A stretch of 64,000 bases of DNA. Source: an uncultured Flavobacteriaceae bacterium. Its GTDB lineage: Bacteria; Bacteroidota; Bacteroidia; Flavobacteriales; Weeksellaceae. The stretch covers positions 3,315 through 67,314 of the forward strand of contig CAUQBR010000008.1 in NCBI GenBank assembly GCA_963516475.1. Direction: 5' to 3'. Position numbers and translations under genes: made by a program. Shown piece by piece: positions 29,578-39,643 of this stretch (the stretch's first letter is position 1; every line of letters begins with the position of its first letter). The notes beneath the pieces are model-generated. The model had not been told where the DNA came from. It ran no database searches and saw only the letters and a list, made by a program, of their open reading frames with translations.

Positions 29578-30537
29578 TTAGTGTCTATGCTCTTTTGGTG
29601 GGTTCGGATAGTGTCCTTTATCTGCTTCCTCCACTTTGTGCGCTGTGTTCATGGCAACTATCAGGTCATTGAGCATGGAATTTGCCGCCATTGGCGAATT
29701 TGGAAGAAGAACCAAATTAGAACGGTTGTTAGCCCCTATAGAATGAAGCGTGTCATAATGCTGGGTAACTACTATCAGCGCTGATGCCTCCTGTGCATTG
29801 ATATTCACGCTATTAAGCATTTTTACGGATTCTTCCAGACCTTTCGCGATTTCCCTTCTTTGGTCTGCTATCCCCTGCCCTTGTAGCTTTTTAGACTCGG
29901 CTTCCGCTTTGGCTACGGCTACGATACGGATTCTTTCAGCTTCAGACTCGTACTCAGCAGCAGTTTTTTCTCTTTCCGCTGCGTTGATTCGGTTCATCGC
30001 TTGTTTTACCTGTTCATCAGGGTCTATATCCGTCACCAAAGCCTTTATAATATCATATCCATAACTCTGCATTGCCTCCTGAATTTCGGCTTTTACAGCG
30101 ATAGCGATATCATCTTTCTTCACGAAAACATCATCTAGTTTCAGTTTTGGAACTTCGGCTCTTACCACATCAAAAACATATGAAGTTATCTGATTATGAG
30201 GGTCTTCCAGTTTATAGTAAGCATCACTTACCTGATTCCTAATTACCTGATACTGAACCGAAACTCTCATCTTAATAAACACATTATCAAGGGTTTTGGT
30301 ATCTATCAATACATCAAGCTGTTGGATTTTCAGGGTTAATCTTTTAGTAATATTATCAATAAATGGAATTTTGAGGTGAAGCCCCGCGTGGCGAACAGAA
30401 TGGAATTTTCCCAAACGCTCTATGATTGCCGCAGTCTCCTGCTTTACAGTAAATAATGATGCCATAAAAAACAATACAGCAACAAATGCAAAAAAACTAA
30501 AAATAAGTAGTCCCATAATTATAAAATTTAATTTCAA
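29578..30537 (-). CDS. SPFH/Band 7 (stomatin/prohibitin-like) membrane protein
   Basis: N-terminal TM helix. SPFH core (VKQETAAIIERLGKF..). Ala/Glu-rich coiled-coil tail. Confidence 0.85.
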   Translation of the reverse strand: MKLNFIIMGLLIFSFFAFVAVLFFMASLFTVKQETAAIIERLGKFHSVRHAGLHLKIPFIDNITKRLTLKIQQLDVLIDTKTLDNVFIKMRVSVQYQVIRNQVSDAYYKLEDPHNQITSYVFDVVRAEVPKLKLDDVFVKKDDIAIAVKAEIQEAMQSYGYDIIKALVTDIDPDEQVKQAMNRINAAEREKTAAEYESEAERIRIVAVAKAEAESKKLQGQGIADQRREIAKGLEESVKMLNSVNINAQEASALIVVTQHYDTLHSIGANNRSNLVLLPNSPMAANSMLNDLIVAMNTAHKVEEADKGHYPNPPKEHRH

Positions 30538-30585
30538 TTTATTAGTATCAATGTCTAACGAAATGTTACAAAAAATGTAAAAATT

Positions 30586-31926
30586 TTACATCGTCATTCC
30601 GATATCTATTCCTTTTATTTTTCGATAAAGGTCTGTAGCGTAGTTATCCGTCATCCCAGAAACAAAATCCAAAACGCCCATTACCTTTTCATAAGATTCG
30701 CCATCGTATCTGAACTGCTCGGGCAGTAATTGAAGGGCTTTCTTGTCATAATCCTTAGGATTTTCTTTTATAGCCGATGGAATAAAATGATTGAGAAGCT
30801 CATACATTACATTATACCCTGCATTTTCTATCTCTACTACCGCTCTGTGATTGTAGATTTCGTCAATGGAAAACTGCTTTATATCCTGCAAAGTTTTATT
30901 TTCTTTTTTAAAAATAGAAAGCAGCGACTGGTCTAGATTTCCTGTAAGAATATCATCTATTTTTTCCTTGTAAAGCCTTATGGAAACATTGATTAGAGAA
31001 TTGATAACCTTTGCACGGAGGTAAGATATTCTGTCATTTTTATCAGAAATCACGGATAGTTTATCCTCTACTCGTTTTATGTTTTCATCCGTGGTTTTGA
31101 TGAGTTCTAGGATGAGGTTTTCGCAGTCGGAAGAAGAGATAATTTTCAGTCTGTGGGCATCTTCTATGTCTATGATATTGTAGCAAATATCATCCGCCGC
31201 CTCTACCAGCCATACGAAAGGATGTCTTTTATAGACCAGCGGTTCTTCCTGTTCTGTAATAAAAGCCGTGGCATTGGCTATTTCTTTGAAAGTCTCTTTT
31301 TCACTTTGGAAAAAACCGAATTTCTTTCTGTGAAGCTGTTTTTTATCTTTCGCGATGGATTCGCACGGGTATTTAGCAATACTCGCCAAAGTCGTCATGG
31401 TCAGCTGAAGCCCGCCTCTGTCCTTGCCTCTCTGCTGGTGGGTAAGCACACGGATGGCATTGGCATTTCCTTCAAAATTAATAAAATCTGCCCATTGTTT
31501 CTCGGTCATTAGAGATTTTAAATCTTCATTTTTCTCAAAATAACTTGCGATGGCATCTTCCCCAGAATGCCCGAAAGCAGGGTTTCCTATATCATGGCAG
31601 AGACACGCTGCCGCTATCACATTATTTAAATTATGTAGATAAAAATTCTTTGAATTCTCATTTAATTCTTGAGCAAATTTCTCCACAATAAACTCCCCTG
31701 CAAGAGTCCCCAAGCTCCTGCCCACCGAAGCAACTTCCAGCGAATGGGTAAGCCTGTTATGCACAAAAACGCTACCTGGGAGAGGGAAAACCTGCGTTTT
31801 ATTCTGCAGCCTTCGGAAAGAGGTGGAGAAAATAATTCGGTCAAAATCCCTCTGAAAATCAGTTCTGGATGCTATTGGACTTTCTGAATTTCCTGTTCTC
31901 CGATTGGTATATAATTGATTAAGCAT
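30586..31926 (-). CDS. dgt: dGTP triphosphohydrolase-like HD-domain protein
   Basis: HD-domain motifs HNRLTHSLEV and CLCHDIGNPAFGH. 446 aa. Confidence 0.88.
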   Translation of the reverse strand: MLNQLYTNRRTGNSESPIASRTDFQRDFDRIIFSTSFRRLQNKTQVFPLPGSVFVHNRLTHSLEVASVGRSLGTLAGEFIVEKFAQELNENSKNFYLHNLNNVIAAACLCHDIGNPAFGHSGEDAIASYFEKNEDLKSLMTEKQWADFINFEGNANAIRVLTHQQRGKDRGGLQLTMTTLASIAKYPCESIAKDKKQLHRKKFGFFQSEKETFKEIANATAFITEQEEPLVYKRHPFVWLVEAADDICYNIIDIEDAHRLKIISSSDCENLILELIKTTDENIKRVEDKLSVISDKNDRISYLRAKVINSLINVSIRLYKEKIDDILTGNLDQSLLSIFKKENKTLQDIKQFSIDEIYNHRAVVEIENAGYNVMYELLNHFIPSAIKENPKDYDKKALQLLPEQFRYDGESYEKVMGVLDFVSGMTDNYATDLYRKIKGIDIGMTM

Positions 31927-31983
31927 AAATTAAAAATAATCCCAAATATCGGAATTTTTTAAATTATAGTAGCAAAAATTAAT

Positions 31984-31991
31984 TACCTTTG
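31984..31991 (+). promoter_or_regulatory. candidate -7 box (TAnnTTTG)
   Basis: TACCTTTG lies 18 nt upstream of ATG 32009. Confidence 0.45.
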
Positions 31992-32008
31992 TTAGAAAGT
32001 TTTAAAAT

Positions 32009-33031
32009 ATGAGAAAAATAATCCTTATTCTCATCCTATTAATCGGGAAATTAGCGTTTACACAAGAGAAATTATATTATTTTTATACTTCTGACAGCAC
32101 TTTGGTAGGTGTGAAAAATGAAAAGGGGAAAATCATCATCCCTGCTCAATTTTCGGGATTTAAAATCTATGATACAGAAAACCCTATAAATGAACCTACA
32201 ATAGAGTTTTGGGGGGCTTCCTTTAAAAATAAAAAATATGATAAAGATAACCCACGAATAGAGGCAGGAGAAGTCTATGATAGAAATGGAAAATTTCTAT
32301 ACTATCCACAGTGGTTTGATAATGGAAATGATATTTGGGAAGAAGGACTGAGACGATATGTAGAAAAAAATAAAATGGGATTTGTAGATTGGTTTGGGAA
32401 GAAAGTTCTACCTGCAAAATGGGATTTTGCAACTCAATTTAACTACGGCTATGCAATAGTCTATACAGGTGGATGGAAAAGGGAATTTGATAAAGGAGGA
32501 GAACATTGGTTTATAGCCCCTATTTCCAAAAAATCAACCTCTTATCTCATCAATAAAAAAGGAATAAAAGTAAAGCCTCTGAAAAAATCTAATAATCCAA
32601 AAGACTATTTATATGAAGGGAAATACTATCCTTACCCTTTTGTTTATAACAATATTGAACAAAAAATAGTAGATGAAATCAATCAATTAGAAATCCTAAC
32701 AGAAATTAATCATCCTTTTGACAAAAAAATTATAAACCATTACGAAATTGTAAATCGTCCTAATAAATATCTGCCCTATTATGAACTAAAAAACTTCTAT
32801 GGTCAAGAGAAATATAATAGCCCAAACAATAGTCTCTGGGTCAATAAAAAAGGAGAAATATTTTATAAGAACTATGATTATAAATTCATCCCTTTAAAAG
32901 AATATATAAGAAAAATACTAGAACGAATCATAGAAGACCAAAAACAAGGCTATAAAACTAAAGACTACCTTATTAATGCTGAAAAACAACTAAAAGAAAT
33001 AAAAAAGATAGATTTTAAAATAAAAATGTAA
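32009..33031 (+). CDS. secreted WG-repeat-containing protein
   Basis: Signal peptide. Repeats of the type GFVDWFGKKVLPAKWDFATQFNYGYAIV (WG/KWG repeat pattern). Confidence 0.6.
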   Translation: MRKIILILILLIGKLAFTQEKLYYFYTSDSTLVGVKNEKGKIIIPAQFSGFKIYDTENPINEPTIEFWGASFKNKKYDKDNPRIEAGEVYDRNGKFLYYPQWFDNGNDIWEEGLRRYVEKNKMGFVDWFGKKVLPAKWDFATQFNYGYAIVYTGGWKREFDKGGEHWFIAPISKKSTSYLINKKGIKVKPLKKSNNPKDYLYEGKYYPYPFVYNNIEQKIVDEINQLEILTEINHPFDKKIINHYEIVNRPNKYLPYYELKNFYGQEKYNSPNNSLWVNKKGEIFYKNYDYKFIPLKEYIRKILERIIEDQKQGYKTKDYLINAEKQLKEIKKIDFKIKM

Positions 33032-33057
33032 GCTAAAATAAGCTTACACTTTTATTT
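33028..33057. terminator. hairpin terminator between the WG-repeat gene and nrdA
   Basis: Stem GTAAGCT (33028-33034) / AGCTTAC (33041-33047), then a T-rich stretch. Confidence 0.5.
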
Positions 33058-33061
33058 ATCA

Positions 33062-34717
33062 TTACGCTTCACAACTTGAACAATTCATAAAATTAATAAC
33101 TAATTCCTTAGAAACAGACTGCGAACGCTGATAATAAAGCGTTTTCACCCCCAATTTCCAAGCGTCTATTATCACTTTATTCACATCTTTTATTGGCATA
33201 GAAGATGGAATATTTAGGTTTAATGACTGGGCTTGGTCTATATATTGTTGTCTTTGTGCCGCCTGAGTTACGATTTCCAAAGGTGAAATCTCCTTAAAGG
33301 TCTTAAACACATCTTTTTCCTCCTGAGTTAGCTGGGTCATATGCTGAACAGAACCATGGTTTAGCATTATATCTCTCCAAACATCTTCCGTATCCAATCC
33401 TTTCTCTTCCAATAACTTAGCTAAATATTTATTTTTTCTAATGAAATTTCCTTTCGCCAAACCAGCCTTGTAATAATTCGATGCAAAAGGCTCTATCCCT
33501 GGCGAAGTCTGCCCTAAAATAGCCGAGCTGGATGTCGTAGGTGCTATCGCCATAGTAGTGGCATTTCTCACGCCATAGCCTTTCAATAATTCTGGCTCTC
33601 CGTAGATATTTGCTAATTCTTTAGAAGCGGCTAATGACTGCTCTTGGATTTGTTTAAACACTTTTGCGTTAAACATTTTCGCTTCCATGCTTTCAAAAGG
33701 AATCATATTTCGCTGTAAATAAGAATGATACCCTAAAACTCCAAGTCCTAAAGCACGGTGGCGAATTGCGAAATTTCTCGCAGCAGAAAGATAATAATTC
33801 CCTTCTGTTTTCTCAATAAATTCAGATAAAACTGCATCAAGGAAGTAAATAGCTAATTTCACCGCATTCGTATCTTTCCACTCATCGTAAAGCTCCAAAT
33901 TCATGGAAGACAAACAGCAGATAAAACTTTCCTCTGCCGTAGAAGGCAGCATGATTTCAGAACAAAGATTAGAAGCATTGATAGTCAATCCTTTATCTTT
34001 ATAAACTTGCGGTTTATTTCTATTGACATTATCCGTGAAGAAAATATATGGCATTCCTTTCTGCTGGCGGCTTTCCAAAACTTTAGCCCAAATTCTTCTC
34101 TTATCCGTGTCGCCCTCTATCATTTCATGCATCCAATAGTCTGGCACACAGACACCCATAAACAAATTCTGAATAGGATTTCCGATGTCTCTGATTTGTA
34201 AAAACTCCTCTATATCATCATGGTCAATATCTAAATACGCCGCAAAAGCCCCTCTTCTCACGCCTCCCTGTGATACCACATCCATTGAGGTATCAAATAA
34301 TTTCATGAAAGAAACCGCTCCAGAAGATTTTCCATTATCTGTAACTGCTGTTCCTCTGTGTCTCAGCTCACCGAAATACCCAGAAGTACCACCACCTATC
34401 TTAGTCTGCATGATAACTTCTCCCATTTTGTGGGTAATTCCCTCTATGCTGTCTGGCACATGAACATTGAAACACGAAATAGGAAGCCCTCTCTGCGTCC
34501 CCATATTTGCCCATACAGGAGATGAAAAAGAAATCCATCCTTTGACAATCATTTCCTTAAAAGCCTCCTTTAATTCTGGTTTATAAAGCCTCTTCGCCGC
34601 AGCTTCAGTTATTCTATCTATAGCCCCTTCTAATGTTTCGCCTTTTAGTAAATATCCTCTGTTAAGCATTTGTTCTGATTCTTCATTGAACCACCAAATG
34701 TTTGTTTTTTCTTCCAT
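33062..34717 (-). CDS. nrdA: ribonucleoside-diphosphate reductase alpha subunit, short form without ATP-cone
   Basis: Active-site NLCSEI. C-terminal redox-shuttle cysteines (NCSSCEA). Only 551 aa, with no N-terminal ATP-cone sequence. Confidence 0.92.
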   Translation of the reverse strand: MEEKTNIWWFNEESEQMLNRGYLLKGETLEGAIDRITEAAAKRLYKPELKEAFKEMIVKGWISFSSPVWANMGTQRGLPISCFNVHVPDSIEGITHKMGEVIMQTKIGGGTSGYFGELRHRGTAVTDNGKSSGAVSFMKLFDTSMDVVSQGGVRRGAFAAYLDIDHDDIEEFLQIRDIGNPIQNLFMGVCVPDYWMHEMIEGDTDKRRIWAKVLESRQQKGMPYIFFTDNVNRNKPQVYKDKGLTINASNLCSEIMLPSTAEESFICCLSSMNLELYDEWKDTNAVKLAIYFLDAVLSEFIEKTEGNYYLSAARNFAIRHRALGLGVLGYHSYLQRNMIPFESMEAKMFNAKVFKQIQEQSLAASKELANIYGEPELLKGYGVRNATTMAIAPTTSSSAILGQTSPGIEPFASNYYKAGLAKGNFIRKNKYLAKLLEEKGLDTEDVWRDIMLNHGSVQHMTQLTQEEKDVFKTFKEISPLEIVTQAAQRQQYIDQAQSLNLNIPSSMPIKDVNKVIIDAWKLGVKTLYYQRSQSVSKELVINFMNCSSCEA

Positions 34718-34745
34718 CGCTTTTTTTCTCTGTTCTAAATATAAT

Positions 34746-35252
34746 TTATTTTAAAATTTTCTCAAATGCTTTTCTGGCACTGCCTCGGAAATACACTTCT
34801 CCTCGGTATTTATAGCCTCCTTTTTCTATAATTTTCAGCATCGGAATATTATCAAAATTAGTATCTATGCGGATACTCTCTATTCCCTTTTCTTTTGCTA
34901 ATTTTTCGGCTTCCTGCAAGATTTTTTGTCCCAAACCTTTTCCTTTTGCTTCTTTGGAAACCGCTATTCTGTGGAGCGTGAGATAATCTCCCTGTCCTTC
35001 CCAGCTTTTTAGCTCTTCATAAGCCGGTTCTTTGTCAAAAATAATCGCAGCATAAAGATTCACAGTACCCTCTTCCTCAAAAACAAAACCATATCCTTTC
35101 TGAATATCATTCTGTATCGTTTCTTCATTTGGATAGCCGTCCTGCCACTGGGTGCTGCCTTCATTTTTACGGGTTTCCTTTGCAAAAGAAATTATCTCCC
35201 AAATCTGCTCAAAATCCGCTTGTTCAGCTTTTCTAAACTCCATCAGAAACAA
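34746..35252 (-). CDS. GNAT family N-acetyltransferase (inside the nrd operon)
   Basis: Acetyl-CoA motif AKGKGLGQKILQEAE. Track start is TTG 35252, with an alternative ATG at 35243. Stop lies 28 nt before the nrdA start. Confidence 0.8.
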   Translation of the reverse strand: MFLMEFRKAEQADFEQIWEIISFAKETRKNEGSTQWQDGYPNEETIQNDIQKGYGFVFEEEGTVNLYAAIIFDKEPAYEELKSWEGQGDYLTLHRIAVSKEAKGKGLGQKILQEAEKLAKEKGIESIRIDTNFDNIPMLKIIEKGGYKYRGEVYFRGSARKAFEKILK

Positions 35253-35253
35253 A

Positions 35254-35613
35254 TTACAAAGTTTCTAAGAGCTTATATACTGATTTCAGTTTATCATCTA
35301 CCTGAGTCACTCCGATAATCCCTCCTGAAAATCCTGTAGTTTCTTTTTTTACAAATACTTCTATTTGATTATTTTCATTTTCGCTGATATGGATAGAACA
35401 TTTAAAGTAATCAACAAATATCCCAAATAAAAGTCTCATCGTTCTATTTCCTTTTTCGTAGACTGTATTTCCAATACTTTCTGAAAGCGCTTTGTAGCCT
35501 GCGTCTGCCATTCTTTGCTTAATCTTTTCGTGCAGTTCTTCCTTAGATATATTTGCAAATACGCATAGAATTTGTTTTTGTGCTCCTACTTTATTTTCTA
35601 CAAAATGTCCCAT
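35254..35613 (-). CDS. hypothetical protein (119 aa)
   Basis: ORF packed 1 nt from the downstream GNAT start and 5 nt from the upstream ORF. No motif recognised. Confidence 0.5.
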   Translation of the reverse strand: MGHFVENKVGAQKQILCVFANISKEELHEKIKQRMADAGYKALSESIGNTVYEKGNRTMRLLFGIFVDYFKCSIHISENENNQIEVFVKKETTGFSGGIIGVTQVDDKLKSVYKLLETL

Positions 35614-35618
35614 AATTT

Positions 35619-35867
35619 TTATTCTATTTCAAATCTTTCACAAGCTTCCAACTCGCCTACTTTCACTTTATTGACATGGGTAAATTTCACATTTGGGTCT
35701 GCTTCCGCAAATTGTTTTGCTTTTTTTATGCAATATTCTATCTTGTAGCCTACTGAAATACACACTCTATTCTCTCCCACTAATCCCATTCCCATATAGA
35801 TATACTCGCCCAAACGAAAGTCATCATTTAGGCTCAATTCTTTCTCTTGTTGAATTCTACTACACAT
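35619..35867 (-). CDS. hypothetical protein (82 aa)
   Basis: ORF 24 nt downstream of the nrdB stop. Four Cys residues but no CxxC. No motif recognised. Confidence 0.45.
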   Translation of the reverse strand: MCSRIQQEKELSLNDDFRLGEYIYMGMGLVGENRVCISVGYKIEYCIKKAKQFAEADPNVKFTHVNKVKVGELEACERFEIE

Positions 35868-35891
35868 GGTTTTTATTATTGTTTTTAAAGT

Positions 35892-36851
35892 TTAGAATAA
35901 ATCGTCCTCCGTGATGGATTTATCGTGTTTTGTGTATGCTGTTGGTCTTTTTGCAAAGAAATCATCTAATTCATTCGCGAAAACTTCTTCTTCAAACCAA
36001 AGCATCGGCTTTATTTCATCTCCTGTTATCCCAAAAGGTCTGCCCAAGCCCAGCTGCACCAAAGAGTCATCCAGCCTGTATCTCATATAATTAGCCAAAT
36101 CTTTTTTGCTGAAAAAGTCAAGTTCTCCATTTTCAAAAATCCAATCTAACATCTTGTCTTCCAGTTCTATATAGTTTTTCATAAAGCCTTCTATCTCCTT
36201 CATTCCTCTTTCTTTCATGTCTGGATTTTCTTCAAAAATCTTTTTGATGATAAAAATCCCAGCATTGGCGTGTGTCTGCTCATCCACGGATGTCCAAGCG
36301 ATGATATTTGCCACATTTTTCATATACCCCTTAAAACGAGTGAATGACAAAATAGTCGCAAACTGACTAAATAACGAAGCATTCTCTATAATTAGAGTAA
36401 AAAACAAAATTCTCTCCAGCGCATTTTCTTTATTTTTAGAAAGATACTCCTTCAAAACTTGATTTCTTTCCTTGAAAATAGGAACTTCCAACAAGTTTTC
36501 AAACTCATTATTATACCCTAATACTTCCAGCAATCTAGAATATGCCTCCGAATGCCTAAATTCACATTCGGCAAAAGTAGCCCCAAGTCCGTTAAATTCT
36601 GGTTTTGGGAAAAGATCATAAAGGTCTCCCCAAAAAGTCTTCACAGAAACCTCCACTTGTGCTATTCCCAGCAAAGCTCTCTTTACAGCTTCTTTTTCTA
36701 TCGGGCTCAGATTCGCCTTGAAATCCTGAATATCAGCTGTAAATTCCACCTCAGAATGCACCCAGAAGGACTTATTCATGGAATCTACAAACTGCATGAT
36801 TTCTGGATATTCAAACGGTTTATAGTTTTCTCTTTTATCAAATATTCCCAT
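35892..36851 (-). CDS. nrdB: ribonucleotide reductase beta subunit (ferritin-like)
   Basis: Dimetal ligand motifs (VEVSVKTFW, ECEFRHSEAY, EN.SLFS.F, VDEQTHA). C-terminal alpha-binding tail ..SITEDDLF. Confidence 0.92.
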   Translation of the reverse strand: MGIFDKRENYKPFEYPEIMQFVDSMNKSFWVHSEVEFTADIQDFKANLSPIEKEAVKRALLGIAQVEVSVKTFWGDLYDLFPKPEFNGLGATFAECEFRHSEAYSRLLEVLGYNNEFENLLEVPIFKERNQVLKEYLSKNKENALERILFFTLIIENASLFSQFATILSFTRFKGYMKNVANIIAWTSVDEQTHANAGIFIIKKIFEENPDMKERGMKEIEGFMKNYIELEDKMLDWIFENGELDFFSKKDLANYMRYRLDDSLVQLGLGRPFGITGDEIKPMLWFEEEVFANELDDFFAKRPTAYTKHDKSITEDDLF

Positions 36852-36878
36852 GATGATACTTTTTCAGATTAGTATTTG

Positions 36879-36886
36879 CAAAAGTA
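36879..36886 (-). promoter_or_regulatory. candidate -7 box (TAnnTTTG) for the nrd operon
   Basis: Minus-strand TACTTTTG lies 28 nt upstream of the nrdB ATG (36851). Confidence 0.4.
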
Positions 36887-37061
36887 GAAATAAATACTCT
36901 CTATAAAAATCATCTCTTATGAAAGTTTTCCACACTCATTATAATACTCTATAAATAAACAGGTTATAAAATCTAATATCATTTTGCCTTAATTTACAAT
37001 TAAACAACATTAAAAAACACGCAATGAATAAACAAAATAAAATTAAACAATCATGATAGTG

Positions 37062-37098
37062 CATAAAAATGAGTATCAGAAAAACTGATACTCATTTT
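37062..37098 (-). terminator. rho-independent terminator after atpG
   Basis: 14-bp stem AAAATGAGTATCAG (37066-37079) / CTGATACTCATTTT (37085-37098), located 32 nt after the atpG stop. Confidence 0.75.
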
Positions 37099-37129
37099 CA
37101 ACTTTAAAACCTTATATTATGATATAATC

Positions 37130-37990
37130 TTATCCTTTTTTCAATGCTTCTGCACCAGAAACGATTTCCAAGATTTCATTAGTAATCGCTGCCTGACGAG
37201 CTTTGTTATAGAAAATAACGAGTTCATTTTTCAGAGCATTAGCATTGTCTGTCGCCTTATGCATCGCGGTCATCCTTGCTCCATGCTCAGATGCTATAGA
37301 ATCTAATAACGCCTTATAAACCTGCGTCTTTATAGACTTAGGAATCAAAGTTTCCAATATAGTCTGTTTATCAGGTTCAAAGATATAGTCTGATTCTGCA
37401 TCCTCTTCAGCTTGTTCTGGCATCGTAATCGGTAGTAACTGTTCAGTTCTTACCTCCTGTGTCGCTGCATTGATAAATTTATTATAAACCAAATATACTT
37501 CATCAAAAATCCCTTCACTAAAGTCTTTCATCACAGCACTTGTCAGTTTAGAAACAGCCTCAAAACTTACACTATCGTAAATAGAACTTTGGTTATCATA
37601 TATCGTTCTCACTCTTCTCACCGCATCGAAAACTTTTTTCCCTATCGTAAGAACTTCTATTTCTACATCTTCTTTTTGTTTATAATTAGCATTCAGCTCT
37701 TTAATCACTGATGAGTTAAAAGCTCCTGCCAAACCTCTATTAGAAGAAATAGCGATATAAAGTATTTTTTTGACTTCTCTTTTCTGAGCATACTCTGACA
37801 AACTTCCTTCAGAACCTGTACTCACTTTTTGAATAAGTTCCTGAAGTTTTTCAGAATAAGGTCTAAGCATCGTAATGGCATCTTGTGCTTTTTTTAGTTT
37901 CGCTGCCGAAACCATCTTCATCGCACTCGTAATCTGCATCGTAGATGATATAGATGTTATTCTGCCTCTAATCTCCTTTAAATTCGCCAT
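37130..37990 (-). CDS. atpG: F1 ATP synthase gamma subunit
   Basis: MANLKEIRGRI.S...T.QIT.AM N-terminus and a conserved C-terminal ITNEILEIVSGAEAL. Confidence 0.93.
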   Translation of the reverse strand: MANLKEIRGRITSISSTMQITSAMKMVSAAKLKKAQDAITMLRPYSEKLQELIQKVSTGSEGSLSEYAQKREVKKILYIAISSNRGLAGAFNSSVIKELNANYKQKEDVEIEVLTIGKKVFDAVRRVRTIYDNQSSIYDSVSFEAVSKLTSAVMKDFSEGIFDEVYLVYNKFINAATQEVRTEQLLPITMPEQAEEDAESDYIFEPDKQTILETLIPKSIKTQVYKALLDSIASEHGARMTAMHKATDNANALKNELVIFYNKARQAAITNEILEIVSGAEALKKG

Positions 37991-38045
37991 CTGATAAACT
38001 TACTTTTTTATGTTCCAAAAAATTTAGAACAAATTGGTTTATATT

Positions 38046-39626
38046 TTAATTATTGTATTTCGCTACTAAATCTAATGCCACTTGTTTCAACACATCTGTC
38101 AAATCTTTATCGATTTTACCAGCTTTTAGTGCAGACATTACCTCTGGATGTGCAGTTTTTAATAATCCTACATATTCTTTTTGGAATGCTCTCACTTTTG
38201 CTACAGGAATGTCTTTTAACAAGTTTTCTGTTCCAGCATAAATCATCGCTACTTGGTCTTCCACTGGAAGTGGTGAGTTTACTGGTTGTTTTAGAATTTC
38301 CACATTCTTTTCTCCCTTAGAAATTACCGCCAGAGTAGCTGCATCTAGGTCAGAACCGAATTTAGCAAATGCTTCTAATTCTTTATATTGAGCTTGGTCA
38401 AGTTTCAATGTTCCTGAAACTTTCTTCATTGATTTAATCTGAGCATTACCCCCTACCCTTGATACCGAGATCCCCACATTAATCGCAGGTCTTACCCCAG
38501 AGTTGAATAGATCAGACTCCAAGAAAATCTGTCCATCTGTAATGGAAATCACATTGGTAGGAATATATGCAGACACATCCCCTGCCTGAGTCTCGATGAT
38601 AGGAAGCGCCGTCAATGAACCACCACCTTTTACCATAGGTTTCAATGTTTCTGGAAGGTCATTCATTTGAGATGCGATAGTATCATCTTTGATGATTTTC
38701 GCTGCTCTTTCTAACAATCTTGAGTGAAGGTAGAATACATCCCCAGGATAAGCCTCACGCCCTGGTGGTCTTCTTAATAGAAGAGACAACTCTCTATATG
38801 CTACTGCTTGTTTAGATAAATCATCATAAACTATCAATGCTGGGCGTCCTGTATCTCTAAAATACTCCCCGATAGCAGCACCTGCCATAGGAGCATACAC
38901 CTGCATTGGAGAAGGGTCAGAAGCATTAGCTGCTACTACTACCGTATAAGCCATTGCGCCTCTTTCTTCTAGCGTTCTTACGATTTGAGCTACTGTAGAA
39001 CCTTTTTGTCCTACTGCTACATATATACAGAATACAGGCTGACCTGCATCATAAAATTCTTTTTGGTTCAGGATCGTATCTATTGCTACCGTAGTTTTAC
39101 CTGTCTGACGGTCACCAATAATCAACTCTCTCTGTCCTCTTCCGATAGGAATCATAGAGTCTATCGCAACAATACCTGTTTGCAAAGGCTCATTAACAGG
39201 CTGACGATAAATAACCCCAGGAGCTTTTCTCTCCAAAGGCATATCGTATAAATCCCCTCCAATAGGACCTTTACCATCGATAGGATTACCCAAAGTGTCT
39301 ACTACTCTTCCCAAAAGTCCTTCTCCTACTTTGATAGAAGAAATTCTTTTAGTTCTATTTACTGTATCACCTTCTTTTACTCTCTTAGATTCTCCAAGTA
39401 GAGCCACCCCTACATTATCCTCTTCAAGGTTTAATACAATTCCTTCAACTCCACTTTCAAATTTTACTAATTCTCCGTACTGTACATTTTCCAAACCATA
39501 AATACGAGCAATACCATCTCCTACTTGTAATACGGTTCCTACCTCTTCTACATTAGACTGAGTATCAAAATTTGCTAACTGTTGTTTCAATATTGCAGAT
39601 ACTTCTGCTGGATTTATTCCTGCCAT
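38046..39626 (-). CDS. atpA: F1 ATP synthase alpha subunit
   Basis: Walker A GDRQTGKT. 526 aa. Confidence 0.97.
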   Translation of the reverse strand: MAGINPAEVSAILKQQLANFDTQSNVEEVGTVLQVGDGIARIYGLENVQYGELVKFESGVEGIVLNLEEDNVGVALLGESKRVKEGDTVNRTKRISSIKVGEGLLGRVVDTLGNPIDGKGPIGGDLYDMPLERKAPGVIYRQPVNEPLQTGIVAIDSMIPIGRGQRELIIGDRQTGKTTVAIDTILNQKEFYDAGQPVFCIYVAVGQKGSTVAQIVRTLEERGAMAYTVVVAANASDPSPMQVYAPMAGAAIGEYFRDTGRPALIVYDDLSKQAVAYRELSLLLRRPPGREAYPGDVFYLHSRLLERAAKIIKDDTIASQMNDLPETLKPMVKGGGSLTALPIIETQAGDVSAYIPTNVISITDGQIFLESDLFNSGVRPAINVGISVSRVGGNAQIKSMKKVSGTLKLDQAQYKELEAFAKFGSDLDAATLAVISKGEKNVEILKQPVNSPLPVEDQVAMIYAGTENLLKDIPVAKVRAFQKEYVGLLKTAHPEVMSALKAGKIDKDLTDVLKQVALDLVAKYNN

Positions 39627-39643
39627 TTTATTGGTTATTTTTT

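Noticed and set aside
29578-31926. dGTPase (dgt) next to an SPFH protein, considered as a possible anti-phage dNTP-depletion defence locus.
   Set aside because: The protein looks like the ordinary about 445-aa Dgt-like HD hydrolase common in Bacteroidota. It sits among core genes with no island signature or defence partners. I consider it housekeeping unless comparative data say otherwise.
34746-35867. GNAT plus two small ORFs in the nrd operon, considered as a GNAT-toxin/antitoxin module or as NrdH/NrdI accessory proteins.
   Set aside because: The GNAT looks like a generic stand-alone acetyltransferase. No RHH or DUF1778-like antitoxin is recognisable. The 82-aa ORF lacks a CxxC redox motif and the 119-aa ORF lacks flavodoxin motifs. 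The locus is kept as an unexplained insertion rather than given either label.
36852-37129. NrdR boxes upstream of nrdB.
   Set aside because: No 16-bp palindrome resembling the NrdR consensus is present. Only the AT-rich direct repeats reported separately, at low interest, were seen.
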